Of a stretch of 64,000 nt of DNA, positions 17,091-27,340 are shown piece after piece. The stretch's first letter is position 1, and each line of letters opens with the position of its first letter. Below the pieces are notes generated by a model, which saw only the letters and a program-made list of their open reading frames with translations, made no database searches and was not told the origin of the DNA. The DNA is from Solirubrobacterales bacterium (GTDB taxonomy: Bacteria; Actinomycetota; Thermoleophilia; Solirubrobacterales; JACPNS01). The DNA is taken from assembly GCA_016185345.1 (NCBI GenBank), contig JACPNS010000011.1:124-64123 (forward strand). Direction: 5' to 3'. The position numbers were made by a program, and so were the translations under genes.

Positions 17091-17738
17091 TCACGGCAGG
17101 AAGGCGGGCGGCACGCTGCCGGTGATCTCGATCTCGTCGGCGCCGATCTCCGAGCGCTCGTAGATCTCGCGAAGCAGGCAGTGGATGTTCACATCCTGCG
17201 CCTCGCCGTGGTGCCAGTGCCATGCGTGGAGAATGCCCTCGGCGACAAAGCCGATGCGCTCGAGCGCGGCCTTTGAGCGACCGTTGCGTACGTGGCTGTA
17301 GGAGCTGATGCGTTCGAGGCCAAGGTGACGAAAGCCGAGGCCCAGGACAAGAGACTTTGATGCGACGTTCACGCCTGTGCCCCAGTGCTTGTGGCCGAGC
17401 CAGGATCCGACGACTGCGCGGCGATCGCGCCCGGAAAACTCAGTGAGGCCCGTCACTCCGACGATCGCATCGGTCTCACGCTCGACGATCACGAACTCCA
17501 GCAGGGAACCGTTGTCGCGCTTGGCCTGAAGGTCCTCGATGTACTTCTGAGGCTGTTCGATCGATGTGTACGGACCCCAGCTGAAAAAGCGCGTCACGGC
17601 CGGGTCCTCGCCGAGCTTGAAGAGCTGCTCGGCGTCGTCCTGGACGGCCAGGCGAAGCATGTAGTTCTCGCCCACGACCTGCAGGTCGATTGGGTGTTCG
17701 CTCGAGATCTCTTGTACGGGTGTGGGATCGGTGGTCAT
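17091..17738 (-). CDS. GNAT-family N-acetyltransferase (RimJ/RimL-like)
   Basis: ATG 17738 gives MTTDPTPVQE... LRLAVQDDAEQLF...WLGHKHWGTGVNVASKSLVLGLGF...ALERIGFVAEGILH is the GNAT acetyl-CoA pocket. The upstream part of the ORF-track version is antisense to the neighbouring gene. Confidence 0.75.
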   Translation of the reverse strand: MTTDPTPVQEISSEHPIDLQVVGENYMLRLAVQDDAEQLFKLGEDPAVTRFFSWGPYTSIEQPQKYIEDLQAKRDNGSLLEFVIVERETDAIVGVTGLTEFSGRDRRAVVGSWLGHKHWGTGVNVASKSLVLGLGFRHLGLERISSYSHVRNGRSKAALERIGFVAEGILHAWHWHHGEAQDVNIHCLLREIYERSEIGADEIEITGSVPPAFLP

Positions 17739-17771
17739 CGGATGCCGAATCCTACCCGTAAGCTGGATTCG

Positions 17772-18374
17772 ATGATTGCCCTCTTGTACGACATCCACGG
17801 GAACGACATCGCGCTTGCCGCGGTGATCGAGGACGCGCAGGCGGCTGGCGCAGACGCGTGGCTGCTCGGCGGTGACTACTGCCTGTTGGGCGCGCAGCCC
17901 GCCGCGGTGCTCGACCGCCTGGAGACGCTTCCGGCAGACACCGTTTGGCTGCGCGGAAACACCGAGCGTTGGATTGCGCACCCAGAGGCGGCCGACATCC
18001 CGATCGATTCGATCCGCGATGCCGCGCTCTTTGTGCAGGGCGCGATCGGACGTGGCTCGGTGCGCGAGCTCGCCGCACTACCCGACACGGTTTCAGATGT
18101 TCCCTTCGACGGCGCCGCGACGACCGTCTTCTGTCACGCCTCTCCAGGCTCCGACATGGCCGGTTTCACCGACCAGTCCGCAGACACTGACGGCGAGCGG
18201 GCAGAAAGCGAGTTCGAGGCGAACACAATCGTCTGCGGCCACACGCATCTCCAGTTTGCGCGCGAAGTTGGCGTGATCGAGGTGGTGAACCCGGGTAGCG
18301 TGGGCATGCCATTCGACGGCGATCGCCGAGCAGCGTATGCGTTGCTTGCGCCGGATGGCTCATTCGATCTGTGA
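17772..18374 (+). CDS. Metallophosphoesterase (YfcE/MJ0936-like)
   Basis: MIALLYDIHGN...LLGGDY...LRGNTE...CGHTH are the canonical calcineurin-like phosphoesterase motifs. Confidence 0.8.
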   Translation: MIALLYDIHGNDIALAAVIEDAQAAGADAWLLGGDYCLLGAQPAAVLDRLETLPADTVWLRGNTERWIAHPEAADIPIDSIRDAALFVQGAIGRGSVRELAALPDTVSDVPFDGAATTVFCHASPGSDMAGFTDQSADTDGERAESEFEANTIVCGHTHLQFAREVGVIEVVNPGSVGMPFDGDRRAAYALLAPDGSFDL

Positions 18375-18472
18375 CGGGTCGACTACGACTTCGATGCCGC
18401 GCTCGACGCCTACGGCGAGCTTGATGGCGACTGGGTCGAGCTGGCCCGGACCAGGCTGCTCGGCGCGCGGTA

Positions 18473-19192
18473 CTAGACGAGTCGCAGCGTGCCGCCGTGG
18501 CGCTTTAGCCACAACCGCGAATCGCGCCAGTCCTCGACCCGCGCGTCCATCAGTGCCCAGAAGTTCTTCGAGTGGTCGCGCACTTCGATGTGCGCGGCCT
18601 CGTGCTCGATCACGTAGTCCATCACCGACTCCGGGGCCAGCAGCAGCCGCCAGTTGAAGCTGATCGTCCCGCTCGATGAAAAGCTCCCCCATCGCGTCTT
18701 CTGGTCGCGAATCGCCACTCGTTCGTATGAAGTTCCGTTGCGTTCCACGACGGCGTCCAGCCGCTCGGTGAAGACTTCCTTGGCCTGGCGTCGGTACCAG
18801 CGTTCGAGCGCCGCAGCGACCGTCTCGCACTTGGTGTCGGGCACGCGGACCCAGAGCTCGGCCGAGGCCGGTTTGAGCGTCACTCGGCCGGATGGGCCGT
18901 CCAGCAATCGCAGCGTCAGGTCCCAGCCGATGAACGGCACCGTCGATCCGTCTGCGAGCGATCTCGAGGCCACGATCTCGTCGGCGGCTTCGATCTTCGC
19001 GAGCGTCTTGGCGATCCAATCGCTGCGCTCGCGAATGAACTCGTGGCCGTGCCGTTCAGCTGTGCGCCCCGGCAGCGTAAGCACGACGCCATCGGTGCCA
19101 ACGGTGATGCGGATGTTCTTGGCGCGGGTGGAGCGCCGAAGCGAGTAGTCGAAACCCTCGCCCGCATAGCTCGCCGGGGCGTCTATTCCCAC
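18473..19192 (-). CDS. YgjP/DUF45-family zinc metallohydrolase (start uncertain)
   Basis: The C-terminal HExxH motif is [22 protein letters not shown] 19192 is chosen because the ORF-track start at 19309 lies deep inside guaA. Confidence 0.65.
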   Translation of the reverse strand: MGIDAPASYAGEGFDYSLRRSTRAKNIRITVGTDGVVLTLPGRTAERHGHEFIRERSDWIAKTLAKIEAADEIVASRSLADGSTVPFIGWDLTLRLLDGPSGRVTLKPASAELWVRVPDTKCETVAAALERWYRRQAKEVFTERLDAVVERNGTSYERVAIRDQKTRWGSFSSSGTISFNWRLLLAPESVMDYVIEHEAAHIEVRDHSKNFWALMDARVEDWRDSRLWLKRHGGTLRLV

Positions 19193-20799
19193 TCGATCGT
19201 CGCCGGTGGCTTCGAGGAAATATCCAGCGTCACGCGGTTGACCCCGCGGATCTCGTTGATCAAACGCTTCGAGACAGTTTCGAGCAAGTCGTAAGGCAGT
19301 CGCGCCCAATCAGCAGTCATCGCGTCATCACTGGTGACGGCGCGAATAACGATTGGATACGCGTAAGTGCGCTCGTCGCCCTGGACGCCAACCGACTTCA
19401 CAACCGGCAGCACGCAGAACGACTGCCAGAGCTCGCGATACAGACCAGCCTTGCGGATTTCGTCCTGGAGGATCGCGTCGGCCTCGCGCACAATATCCAG
19501 GCGCTCGCGGTTGACCTCGCCGCCGACAATTCTGATCGCCAGTCCCGGTCCGGGGAACGGTTGACGCCACACGAGATTCTCGGCCATTCCAAGCTCTGCG
19601 CCAACGGCGCGCACCTCGTCCTTGAAGAGCCAGCGCAGCGGCTCGACAAGCTCAAACTCCATATCGTCCGGCAGGCCACCGACGTTGTGGTGCGACTTGA
19701 TCGTCGCCGCGCCGTGGCCCGATCCGCCGCTCTCGATCACGTCGGAATACAGCGTGCCCTGAACCAGAAACTTCGCGTCGAGCGCGCCCGCCTCTGATTC
19801 AAATGTGCGGATGAACTGATCGCCGATGATCTTGCGCTTGGTCTCGGGGTCGGCCTCACCGGCCAGGCGATCGAGGAAGAGATCCTCGGCATCGACGTGG
19901 ATAAGCGGCACATGAAAGTTGTCGCGGAAGACTGCGACGACCTGTTCGGCCTCGTTCTTGCGCATCATCCCGTGGTCCACGAATACGCAAGTCAGCTGGT
20001 CCCCGATCGCCTTGAAGACGAGCAATGCGGCAACGGAGCTGTCCACGCCACCCGAGAGCCCGCAGATGACCTTGCCATCGCCGACCTGTTCGCGGATCTT
20101 TGCGATCTGCTCGTCGATCACCGACGCCGGGCTCCAGAGGCCGTCGGCTTCGCAGACGTCGTAGAGGAAGCGCTTGAGCACGTCAGTGCCGTAAGGCGTG
20201 TGCACAACCTCGGGGTGAAACTGGATTCCGTAGAGCCGACGCCCGGTGTCCTCGAAGGCCGCGACCGGCGATTCGTCTGAAGACGCGAGCGCGGTGAAGC
20301 CCGGAGGCGCCTGGTAGACCGTGTCGCGGTGGCTCATCCAACATTGCTGCTCGTCGGGGAGATCGCGCAGCAGCTGACCGTGCTCGCGCACATGAAGGTT
20401 TGATCGTCCGAATTCGCCGACAGGCGCCTGCTCGACCTTGCCGCCGAGGCTGAGCGCCATCGCCTGCATGCCGTAACAAATTCCGAGCACCGGGATACCG
20501 AGTTCAAGCAGCTCCATCCGCAGCTCGGGCGCGTCGTCGGCGTACACCGAGGCCGGACCGCCAGAGAGGATGACCCCGTCGGGCTGGCGCTCCTTCAGGG
20601 CCTCGATCGAAATGTTTGATGGAAGCAGTTCTGAATACACGCCGCACTCGCGCACGCGACGCGCGATCAGCTGCGAGTATTGGCCGCCAAAATCGAGGAC
20701 CAGAACTTCTTGGACGGTGAGCGCCGAGTCGGCGACCGCGCCACCGGCGACGCCCTGCTCTACAGCGGCATCACCAGCAGTTGCATCGGGCGCGGTCAA
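19183..20799 (-). CDS. guaA: GMP synthase (glutamine-hydrolysing)
   Basis: GATase domain ([18 protein letters not shown]...GICYGMQ), ATP-PPase SGGVDSS, and the C-terminal dimerisation domain ending in IEWE. Confidence 0.95.
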   Translation of the reverse strand: MTAPDATAGDAAVEQGVAGGAVADSALTVQEVLVLDFGGQYSQLIARRVRECGVYSELLPSNISIEALKERQPDGVILSGGPASVYADDAPELRMELLELGIPVLGICYGMQAMALSLGGKVEQAPVGEFGRSNLHVREHGQLLRDLPDEQQCWMSHRDTVYQAPPGFTALASSDESPVAAFEDTGRRLYGIQFHPEVVHTPYGTDVLKRFLYDVCEADGLWSPASVIDEQIAKIREQVGDGKVICGLSGGVDSSVAALLVFKAIGDQLTCVFVDHGMMRKNEAEQVVAVFRDNFHVPLIHVDAEDLFLDRLAGEADPETKRKIIGDQFIRTFESEAGALDAKFLVQGTLYSDVIESGGSGHGAATIKSHHNVGGLPDDMEFELVEPLRWLFKDEVRAVGAELGMAENLVWRQPFPGPGLAIRIVGGEVNRERLDIVREADAILQDEIRKAGLYRELWQSFCVLPVVKSVGVQGDERTYAYPIVIRAVTSDDAMTADWARLPYDLLETVSKRLINEIRGVNRVTLDISSKPPATIEWE

Positions 20800-20807
20800 C
20801 GAGTGGC

Positions 20808-22007
20808 CTATGACTGGTCGACGCCGACCGCGACAGCCGCTCGCCCGTTGGAACCCATACCGACTGACTGCGCGCGTTGGAGTTGCTTGCCCTCGGTCTG
20901 GAGCGACGGTGCAACCATCACTTCAGCGCGGTGAAATTCAGGAATGTCTGCGTAACCCGTGGTGGCCATCGAAGTACGCAGCCCGCCCATCAGGTTGAAC
21001 GTGCCGTCGTTTTCGTTGGCAGGCCCGAGAAGAATCTCTTCGAGCGAACCGTTCTGCTCGGTGCGCACACGCGCGCCTCGCGGAAGCGACGGGTGGAAGG
21101 TCGCCATGCCCCAGTGGAAGCCGCGGCCCGGTGCTTCGTATGCGCGTGCGAGCGGCGATCCGATCATCACTGCATCGGCGCCGCAGGCGACTGCCTTGGA
21201 GACATCTCCGCCGTTGCGCATGCCGCCGTCGGCGATGACATTGACGTATTCGCCGGTCTCGAGCATGTGCTGGCTGCGCGCGGCCTGAACGTCTGCGATT
21301 GCAGTTGCCTGCGGGACGCCGACGCCGAGGACTCCGCGGGTGGTGCATGCGGCGCCAGGTCCGACGCCGACGAGAACGCCGACGCAACCAGTGCGCATGA
21401 GGTGAAGCGCGGTCGAGTATGAGGCGGTGCCACCCAGGACACACGGCACCGGAACCTCATGGATGAACTCCTTGAGGTTCAACGGCTCCACCGTGGTCGA
21501 GACGTGCTCGGCCGAAATCACTGTGCCCTGGATGACGAGGATGTCGAGGCCAGCTTCGAGCGCGACCTCGTAGTACTCGGTCACCTTCTGCGGCGTCAGC
21601 GATGCAGCGGTGACGACACCCTGCTCCTTGATCTCGCGAATGCGCTGGGCGATCAATTCGGGCTTTACCGGCTCCTGGTAAATCTTCTGCATCTCGGCCG
21701 TGGCGAGCTCTGGCGGCAGGCCGGCGATGATGTCGAGCTTGTCTTCGGCGTCTTCGTAGCGCGTGAAGATGCCTTCCAGGTTGAGCACGCCCAGTCCACC
21801 GAGCTTGCCGATGATTCCAGCGGTTTTGGGTGAGATGACGCCGTCCATCGCCGATCCCAGGAGGGGCAGTTCGAAGCGATACGGACCGAGGGTCCAGGAA
21901 ATGTCCACGTCATCAGGGTCACGCGTCCTGCGCGATGGAACGATGGCGATGTCGTCGAAGCCGTAAGCGCGACGACCTTTCTTTCCGCGGCCGATCTCTA
22001 CTTCCAT
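20808..22007 (-). CDS. IMP dehydrogenase-related protein without a CBS insert (GuaB3-type)
   Basis: 399 aa. [23 protein letters not shown]...GGLGVLN...[11 protein letters not shown] is the IMPDH TIM-barrel pattern. It is adjacent to guaA. Confidence 0.8.
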   Translation of the reverse strand: MEVEIGRGKKGRRAYGFDDIAIVPSRRTRDPDDVDISWTLGPYRFELPLLGSAMDGVISPKTAGIIGKLGGLGVLNLEGIFTRYEDAEDKLDIIAGLPPELATAEMQKIYQEPVKPELIAQRIREIKEQGVVTAASLTPQKVTEYYEVALEAGLDILVIQGTVISAEHVSTTVEPLNLKEFIHEVPVPCVLGGTASYSTALHLMRTGCVGVLVGVGPGAACTTRGVLGVGVPQATAIADVQAARSQHMLETGEYVNVIADGGMRNGGDVSKAVACGADAVMIGSPLARAYEAPGRGFHWGMATFHPSLPRGARVRTEQNGSLEEILLGPANENDGTFNLMGGLRTSMATTGYADIPEFHRAEVMVAPSLQTEGKQLQRAQSVGMGSNGRAAVAVGVDQS

Positions 22008-22146
22008 GGGTACCTTCGTCGTAAATGGGGCTTGAGGATGGTGGGGCCCCTACGTTACCAGCGGTCCTGACGGCTCAAATCGGTAGACGGGGAGCGGCTT
22101 TGCGGCTCTACCAAAAGTCGCTGCAAAGTGCGCGAAAAGCGGGTGA

Positions 22147-23100
22147 TCAGGAGACGACGGGGCGCTGAATCGAGTCGATTTCGACGCGATCGACCAGCTG
22201 GTCCACGGCCGTGCGGTCGAGTGTTCCTGCGCCGAAGTGCTGAGTTGACTCCGCGCCGCATGCAACTGCGTAGCGCAGAGCCTCTTCGGGAGCCAGCCCG
22301 ATGTAACGAGCGCTGACCAGGCCGGCAACCAGCGCGTCGCCCGATCCGACCGTCGTGATCGGGTCGAGTTCAGGTGCTCTCACACGCAGCGTCGTCTGCT
22401 GTCTGTCGTCGAGCACTGCCCAGCAACCTCCGCTCGTCGTTACGACGGCGTCTTTGGCGCCCAGCACGCGCAACTCGGCCGGAGCCGAGGCAAGATCTTC
22501 TTCGTCCACAAACTCCCGGCCGACGAGCTCTTCGGCTTCGTTGACGTTCGGCGCGATCATGTCCGGCTCGGACCGCAGCGCGTGGGTCATGATGTCGCCT
22601 TCGGCGTCTACCAGCGTGGTCACTCCAGCCTTGCGCAGGGCAGTGACGAGATCGCCGTAGAAGTCGTAGGGAATCCCCTTCGGGATCGATCCAGCGATCA
22701 CGCAGATGTCGGCGCCGGGCGCCAGGTACATCAGCTTCTCGCGAAAGAGCTCGAGCTCGGCCTCCGAGACGCGAGGTCCGTGCTCGTTGATCTCGGTCTG
22801 CTCTCCGGTCGTCGGGTCGATCAGCACAGTCGAGGTGCGCGACTCCTCGCCAATTCGCACAAAGTCGTTGAGCACAGACTCGGCCGTCAGATACTCGATG
22901 ATCCTCGTTCCGGTCACGCCACCTGCGAACCCCGTCGCGATCACGGGCTGGCCTAGGCACTTCAGCGCGCGGGCAACATTTATGCCCTTGCCGCCTGCAG
23001 CCGCGCGCTTGTCAACGGCGCGATGACGATCACCCAGGCGAAAGTGGGGGACAGAAAGTGTGTTGTCAATCGCTGCGTTGAGCGTGACGGTGATGATCAT
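22147..23100 (-). CDS. PfkB-family sugar kinase (1-phosphofructokinase-like)
   Basis: MIITVTLNAAIDNTLSVP...GGKGINVARAL...VGSGDALVAGL are the PfkB signatures. Confidence 0.8.
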   Translation of the reverse strand: MIITVTLNAAIDNTLSVPHFRLGDRHRAVDKRAAAGGKGINVARALKCLGQPVIATGFAGGVTGTRIIEYLTAESVLNDFVRIGEESRTSTVLIDPTTGEQTEINEHGPRVSEAELELFREKLMYLAPGADICVIAGSIPKGIPYDFYGDLVTALRKAGVTTLVDAEGDIMTHALRSEPDMIAPNVNEAEELVGREFVDEEDLASAPAELRVLGAKDAVVTTSGGCWAVLDDRQQTTLRVRAPELDPITTVGSGDALVAGLVSARYIGLAPEEALRYAVACGAESTQHFGAGTLDRTAVDQLVDRVEIDSIQRPVVS

Positions 23101-23175
23101 CGTCTAACCATTCTCATGCTGAATATGCCGATCGAGGCACCCCCCAATACCCGTCGGCGAAAATTGCGTACGGGA

Positions 23176-24480
23176 TTATCTCACGAAACCCGGTCGGGCT
23201 GTCCGTTCCTTTTTTCGACGCAGTAAGAAGGTCGCGACCATGCTGATTCCAAGCGCCAGAAGCACCCAGGGAAGAATCAGTCCGAGGGCGTGCAACATGA
23301 CTGCGGTGACCGGTGGAGCGGGCACTCCCTCGCCCAGAGAGACCGGCACGCTGGCCACCTGCTTGCCTCCGCGAAGGACGATGGCGTCGCCGACGATCGA
23401 CCCGGCAGGACGCGGCCCCTTGATCTGCCTGGGAGCGATCAGTCGCAGCTCGACCTGCTCGCCGTTGCGCGCCGCGAACGAATAATCGCGGCGTGGATAG
23501 ACCTTGGCTTTGATGTCCTGGAATTCGACCGGGAGCGCGTAGACCGATTGCTTCTTGCGCAGCGGGGCGACCGGCTTGTAGAAGGCGCGCCCATACCGGA
23601 GCAGTGCTGCCGAGTCGCTCTCGCGCGCGGCCTCAGTTCGGTCGCCGGTCACTACGGATATGACCCTGGCGTCGAGCTTTTCCGCCGCGCCCACGAGCAA
23701 ATAGCCGGCGGCAATGGTGTAGCCAGTCTTGACCCCGATCGCCCACGGGTACTTGCCGATCAATGGATTGCGGTTGGAGATTCTGCGAACCGTCGCACCC
23801 GAGCGCAGTGTGAGTCTGGACTTGTCGATGACACTCGAGAGGCGCGGCACGGTCAACGCGTACCGACCAAGCGTTGCGAGGTCGTTGGCAGTTGAGAAGT
23901 TGCCGGAGGCATCGAGCCCGATCGGGTTCGAGAATCGCGTGCGAGTGAGGCCGAGTGACCTCGCGCGACGGTTCATCGCAGCGACGAATGCGGATCTCGA
24001 CGATGCGGTGCCAGCGGCGAGCGTGTCGGCAGCGTCGTTTCCGCTTTCGAGCATCAAGCCCTTGATCAGATCCTGCGCGCTCATGCTTTCGCCGGGCTTG
24101 AGGCCCAGCAGCGATTCGCCCACGCCGGCGCGGTATCTGGTCGCGGTGAGCAGCTCGTTCGGGGTCGTACGTGAGATCGCGACCAGCGCCGTCATGATCT
24201 TGGTCGTGCTGGCGATCAGGCGGCGCTTCTTTGTGTCGCGCCCCCACATGTGCCTGCCGGTCTGGGCATCGAGCACGATCCCCGTCTCGGCGAGGATCCC
24301 GCTCGGTGCGCGCGGCGTGGGCACCTTGACGGTCATCGTGTTGACTGATCGGAGAACGTTCTCGTCGGCGCGCGCAGTTGCCGCAGGCGCGAGAACCAAG
24401 GCGGAGACTGCGAGCACGAGCGCGCGTGCCGAGGGCGCCACGCGCGAAGACGAAGCGAGCCTCGAGGTGCTGCGCCTCAC
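23176..24480 (-). CDS. D-alanyl-D-alanine carboxypeptidase (peptidase S11, PBP5-like)
   Basis: Signal peptide, then SxxK (IASTTKIMTA), SxN (ESGNDAA) and KTG (GVKTGYT), plus a C-terminal transmembrane anchor. Confidence 0.85.
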   Translation of the reverse strand: MRRSTSRLASSSRVAPSARALVLAVSALVLAPAATARADENVLRSVNTMTVKVPTPRAPSGILAETGIVLDAQTGRHMWGRDTKKRRLIASTTKIMTALVAISRTTPNELLTATRYRAGVGESLLGLKPGESMSAQDLIKGLMLESGNDAADTLAAGTASSRSAFVAAMNRRARSLGLTRTRFSNPIGLDASGNFSTANDLATLGRYALTVPRLSSVIDKSRLTLRSGATVRRISNRNPLIGKYPWAIGVKTGYTIAAGYLLVGAAEKLDARVISVVTGDRTEAARESDSAALLRYGRAFYKPVAPLRKKQSVYALPVEFQDIKAKVYPRRDYSFAARNGEQVELRLIAPRQIKGPRPAGSIVGDAIVLRGGKQVASVPVSLGEGVPAPPVTAVMLHALGLILPWVLLALGISMVATFLLRRKKERTARPGFVR

Positions 24481-25082
24481 TACTTAAGTTTCAGCTTCTG
24501 GCCCGGCTGGAGTGCCCGGGGGTCAATGTCGGGATTGAGCTCTTGAAGCGTCTCAACGTCGACTCCCTGTTTCTCGGCGATCGCAGCAAAGCTGTCTCCG
24601 GGCCTGACCCTGTAGGTCGATCGGGTCGGTCCGCTCTTGGCGGCAGCGGTGGTGGCCGCTGGCTTTGTGGCTGCGGCTTCGTTGGAAGTCTTTGCGGCGC
24701 TGCCGCTGTCCTGACTGCTGAGCACCGCGAAGATTGCGATCGCGAAGATCACCAGTGCGATCGGCGCGAGCATACGTGCGCCGTTGCCGGCCTGCACGTC
24801 GCGGGGACGCTGCGGGGCGCGGCTACCGCCGCGAAGCGGGCGGGTGCCCGTCGGCCCTGTGCCCTGATGCGCGTCGCCCGGCGTGCCCGTGCGAGGCGCT
24901 TTGTATCGCTGCTTCCTGGGAGACTCCGAAGGGTTGGACATGGTCGACGCTGACCTACTCGCAGAGCGCTGCCCGCGGACCGGGCGCTTGGAACGCCCAC
25001 CGATGTCGCGTACCGACCGAGCGCGCGCGGTGCGCGGCGCTGAGTCGTCCTGCGTAAGTGATGATTTCAGGGGTTCGGCCAT
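24480..25082 (-). CDS. Membrane-anchored LysM-domain protein
   Basis: Basic N-terminal region, one transmembrane helix (MLAPIALVIFAIAIFAV) and a C-terminal LysM domain (YRVRPGDSFAAIAEKQGVDVETLQELNP). TAGTG overlap with the downstream carboxypeptidase gene. Confidence 0.8.
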   Translation of the reverse strand: MAEPLKSSLTQDDSAPRTARARSVRDIGGRSKRPVRGQRSASRSASTMSNPSESPRKQRYKAPRTGTPGDAHQGTGPTGTRPLRGGSRAPQRPRDVQAGNGARMLAPIALVIFAIAIFAVLSSQDSGSAAKTSNEAAATKPAATTAAAKSGPTRSTYRVRPGDSFAAIAEKQGVDVETLQELNPDIDPRALQPGQKLKLK

Positions 25083-25160
25083 CTTTGGCGATCATAACGG
25101 CGCAAGACGGGTTCGCGCTTAGCTCTGAAATGCGCCGTTCAGCAAACATCCCCTGCAAAT

Positions 25161-25877
25161 TCACGAAAAACGCAAGGCTTCTGCCAGCGACCGTTCGGCC
25201 GCGGCGTGAACTTCTGCAATCCAGCCATTCTCTATCGCCATTCGCTCGAGCCGCTCCCGGAGCGGGATCAGAACCAATGCGTCGAGCGCTGCGTACTTGA
25301 CCTGCGCGCTCGAAAGCACGGGCGCGCTCCAGTCGGAGAGTCGTTCAGCCTTCGATAGCTCGAAATCGAGAAGCTCGTCGCATACGTGGGCAAGGTTGCT
25401 GCCCTGTGGTGCGAAGACGCCCGTCTCACGTGAGCGCTCCCGCACGAAGACCCAGCGAGTGTCAAACATCGGCGTCAGCGTGAACCCACCGTGTCGCGCA
25501 AGCCAGCTCTGCTCGAACTCTGCGTTGTGCGCGATCCAGCTGATGTTCAATCCGGCGATCGTCGCGTGCAGCGATTCCCACGCGTCGAAGGCGAAGCAGT
25601 CGAGCACGACGGCGCGGTCACCTGCGCCCACCTGCGCCAGCCGGATTAGACCTTCGGACGGTGCCAGCGAAGTGGTCTCGATGTCGATTCCAACCGACAG
25701 CGCGTTGCTCATTGGCGATCGCGTTGCGGCTTCGAGCACCCAGCCGAGGGCGTCGGCTGCGGCAATCGGGTCCGTCACGTAGATGTATTCACCGCGGTCC
25801 GCGCCGAACCGTGCAGCGATCGGTTGTTGCTCGATCGCTGGATCGGGTCCTGCGTTGGTGATGATCGCGGGCTGCAT
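25161..25877 (-). CDS. 3'-5' exonuclease (DEDDy, RNase D / Pol A exo-like)
   Basis: The Exo motifs are VGIDIETTSL, WIAHNAEFEQSWL and YAALDALVL. Confidence 0.75.
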   Translation of the reverse strand: MQPAIITNAGPDPAIEQQPIAARFGADRGEYIYVTDPIAAADALGWVLEAATRSPMSNALSVGIDIETTSLAPSEGLIRLAQVGAGDRAVVLDCFAFDAWESLHATIAGLNISWIAHNAEFEQSWLARHGGFTLTPMFDTRWVFVRERSRETGVFAPQGSNLAHVCDELLDFELSKAERLSDWSAPVLSSAQVKYAALDALVLIPLRERLERMAIENGWIAEVHAAAERSLAEALRFS

Positions 25878-25919
25878 TCCGTCCTCTTCGAAGACAGCGT
25901 GACGCGTGCTTCGGTCGGC

Positions 25920-26915
25920 TTAGCCCGACACCTTCCAGATCAATTCACGGAGCTCGGCGGCCGCCGCTTGGGCGCTGGAGATTGGCTCCGAATCGGTCTG
26001 CTCCCACGCGTTCACAAGCGCGCGGGAAACTGTGATCAGCGCCGAAGCGCGACCCGCGGTGAACGCCGCAGCGAGGTCTTCGACCTTTCCGCCTTGAGCG
26101 CCAACCCCAGGAATCAGAAATACCGCGTGCGGCATCGCTGCGCGCAGGCGGGTGATGTGAGCGGGCTCGGTCGCGCCAACAACTGCGCCCAAAGATGAAA
26201 GTCCCGCTTCGCCGACCATCGGCGCGCCGACGCGATCGACAAGCGCGGCCAGGCGGTCACTGACCGTGTCGCCGTCGCCCTGCTCGATCTTCAAGTCTTC
26301 GATGTCTGCGGCGCCGGGATTCGAAGTTCGCACGAGCGCAAACACTCCAGCGCCGTGCTGCCAGGCCGACTGGGCGAGCGGCTCGAGCGAGTCGCCTCCC
26401 ATCAGCGGGTTGACGGTCGCCACATCCGCGCCGAGCCCGGGCACGTCACCCCACGGGGTTGGCGTGCTTCCGAACAGGGACTGTGCGTATGCGGAAGCCG
26501 TCACGGGAACATCCCCGCGTTTGCCATCGGCAATCACGATCAGTCCTGCTTGCTTTGCAGCTTGAACGGTCTCGGCGAGCGCCCGACATCCGGGCGCGCC
26601 GAGCCGTTCGAAGCAAGCCATTTGCAGTTTCACGCCGGCGCACTCTGCGCCGACGGCCGCGATCACCGATCTGCAGTGCTGGGAAACCGCGCCTGCTGCG
26701 ACATCCGCCGGCGACCTGCCGGACGACCCGGAGACTTCCCGGGATTCTGTGGACGTCGCACCGGCGACTGCCTCGGTCGCACCGTCATCGGTCTCGACCT
26801 GAGTCGGCCAAAGTTTGGCCGGGTCCGGATCGAGACCGAGGACGAGTTGACTCTCTCGTTTCTCAACGAGCCCTGCGAGGCGGTCGCCAAAGGGTTGATG
26901 CGAAGCCTCGATCAG
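25920..26915 (-). CDS. pyrF: Orotidine 5'-phosphate decarboxylase, type 2 (5' end set at a non-canonical CTG; see findings)
   Basis: ADGKRGDVPVTASAY, VNPLMGGDS, TSNPGA and IPGVGAQGG are type-2 PyrF motifs. My translation shows that the conserved N-terminal FGDRLAGLVEKRESQLVLGLDPDP is in frame, upstream of the first ATG/GTG/TTG (GTG 26666). Confidence 0.8.
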   Translation of the reverse strand: MIEASHQPFGDRLAGLVEKRESQLVLGLDPDPAKLWPTQVETDDGATEAVAGATSTESREVSGSSGRSPADVAAGAVSQHCRSVIAAVGAECAGVKLQMACFERLGAPGCRALAETVQAAKQAGLIVIADGKRGDVPVTASAYAQSLFGSTPTPWGDVPGLGADVATVNPLMGGDSLEPLAQSAWQHGAGVFALVRTSNPGAADIEDLKIEQGDGDTVSDRLAALVDRVGAPMVGEAGLSSLGAVVGATEPAHITRLRAAMPHAVFLIPGVGAQGGKVEDLAAAFTAGRASALITVSRALVNAWEQTDSEPISSAQAAAAELRELIWKVSG

Positions 26916-27190
26916 CCGCCCTTGACGGTCTGCTTGAGCTTTGCACCGGCCGAGAACTTCGGCACCTTGCTGGCCTTGATCTGGATCGTCTCGCCGGTCT
27001 GCGGGTTGACGCCCTGACGGGCACTGCGGTCAGACACGCTGAACTTGCCGAAGCCGGTGAAGGCAACTTCGCCGCCACGCTTGAGCGTTTCGGAGATCGT
27101 GTCGAGTACTGCGTCAACGGCCTTGGCGGCGTCAGCCGACGTCAGGTCCGTCTTTTCCTTTACCTGGGTGATGAATTCCTGCTTTGTCAC
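26912..27190 (-). CDS. hup: HU-family DNA-binding protein
   Basis: GTG 27190 follows an AGGAGG Shine-Dalgarno sequence. VTKQEFITQVKEKTDLTSADAAKAVDAVLDTISETLKRGGEVAFTGFGKFSVSDRSARQGVNPQTGETIQI is the classic HU sequence. Confidence 0.93.
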   Translation of the reverse strand: MTKQEFITQVKEKTDLTSADAAKAVDAVLDTISETLKRGGEVAFTGFGKFSVSDRSARQGVNPQTGETIQIKASKVPKFSAGAKLKQTVKGG

Positions 27191-27340
27191 AGTTCCTCCT
27201 CGAGAGGGATACGTTTTGATTCGTCGGCCAACGTAACTCGTCCACCGGCGGAACATGCAGGATTCATGCGGGTTTGCGCGGAAATTCGACCGTTTTTCGT
27301 GATATATGGCGCAGGTCGCGCCAAATCTCGCGAGAAACGC

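Noticed and set aside
18360-19019. 219-aa ORF overlapping the YgjP/DUF45 gene in another frame.
   Set aside because: It has a low-complexity Arg/Gly/Asp-rich translation. The other frame carries the HExxH metallohydrolase motif.
24774-25160. Possible long 5' leader or c-di-AMP (ydaO-type) riboswitch in front of the LysM protein gene. Such riboswitches often precede cell-wall genes, and the first 100 or so codons are basic and low-complexity. A long hairpin, AACGGCGC...GCGCCGTT, lies at about 25097-25143.
   Set aside because: I could not find the conserved ydaO sequence blocks in the right order. Third-codon positions in the N-terminal region are predominantly G/C, as in genuine coding sequence of this genome. 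The ATG 25082 ORF is therefore kept. An Infernal scan would settle it.
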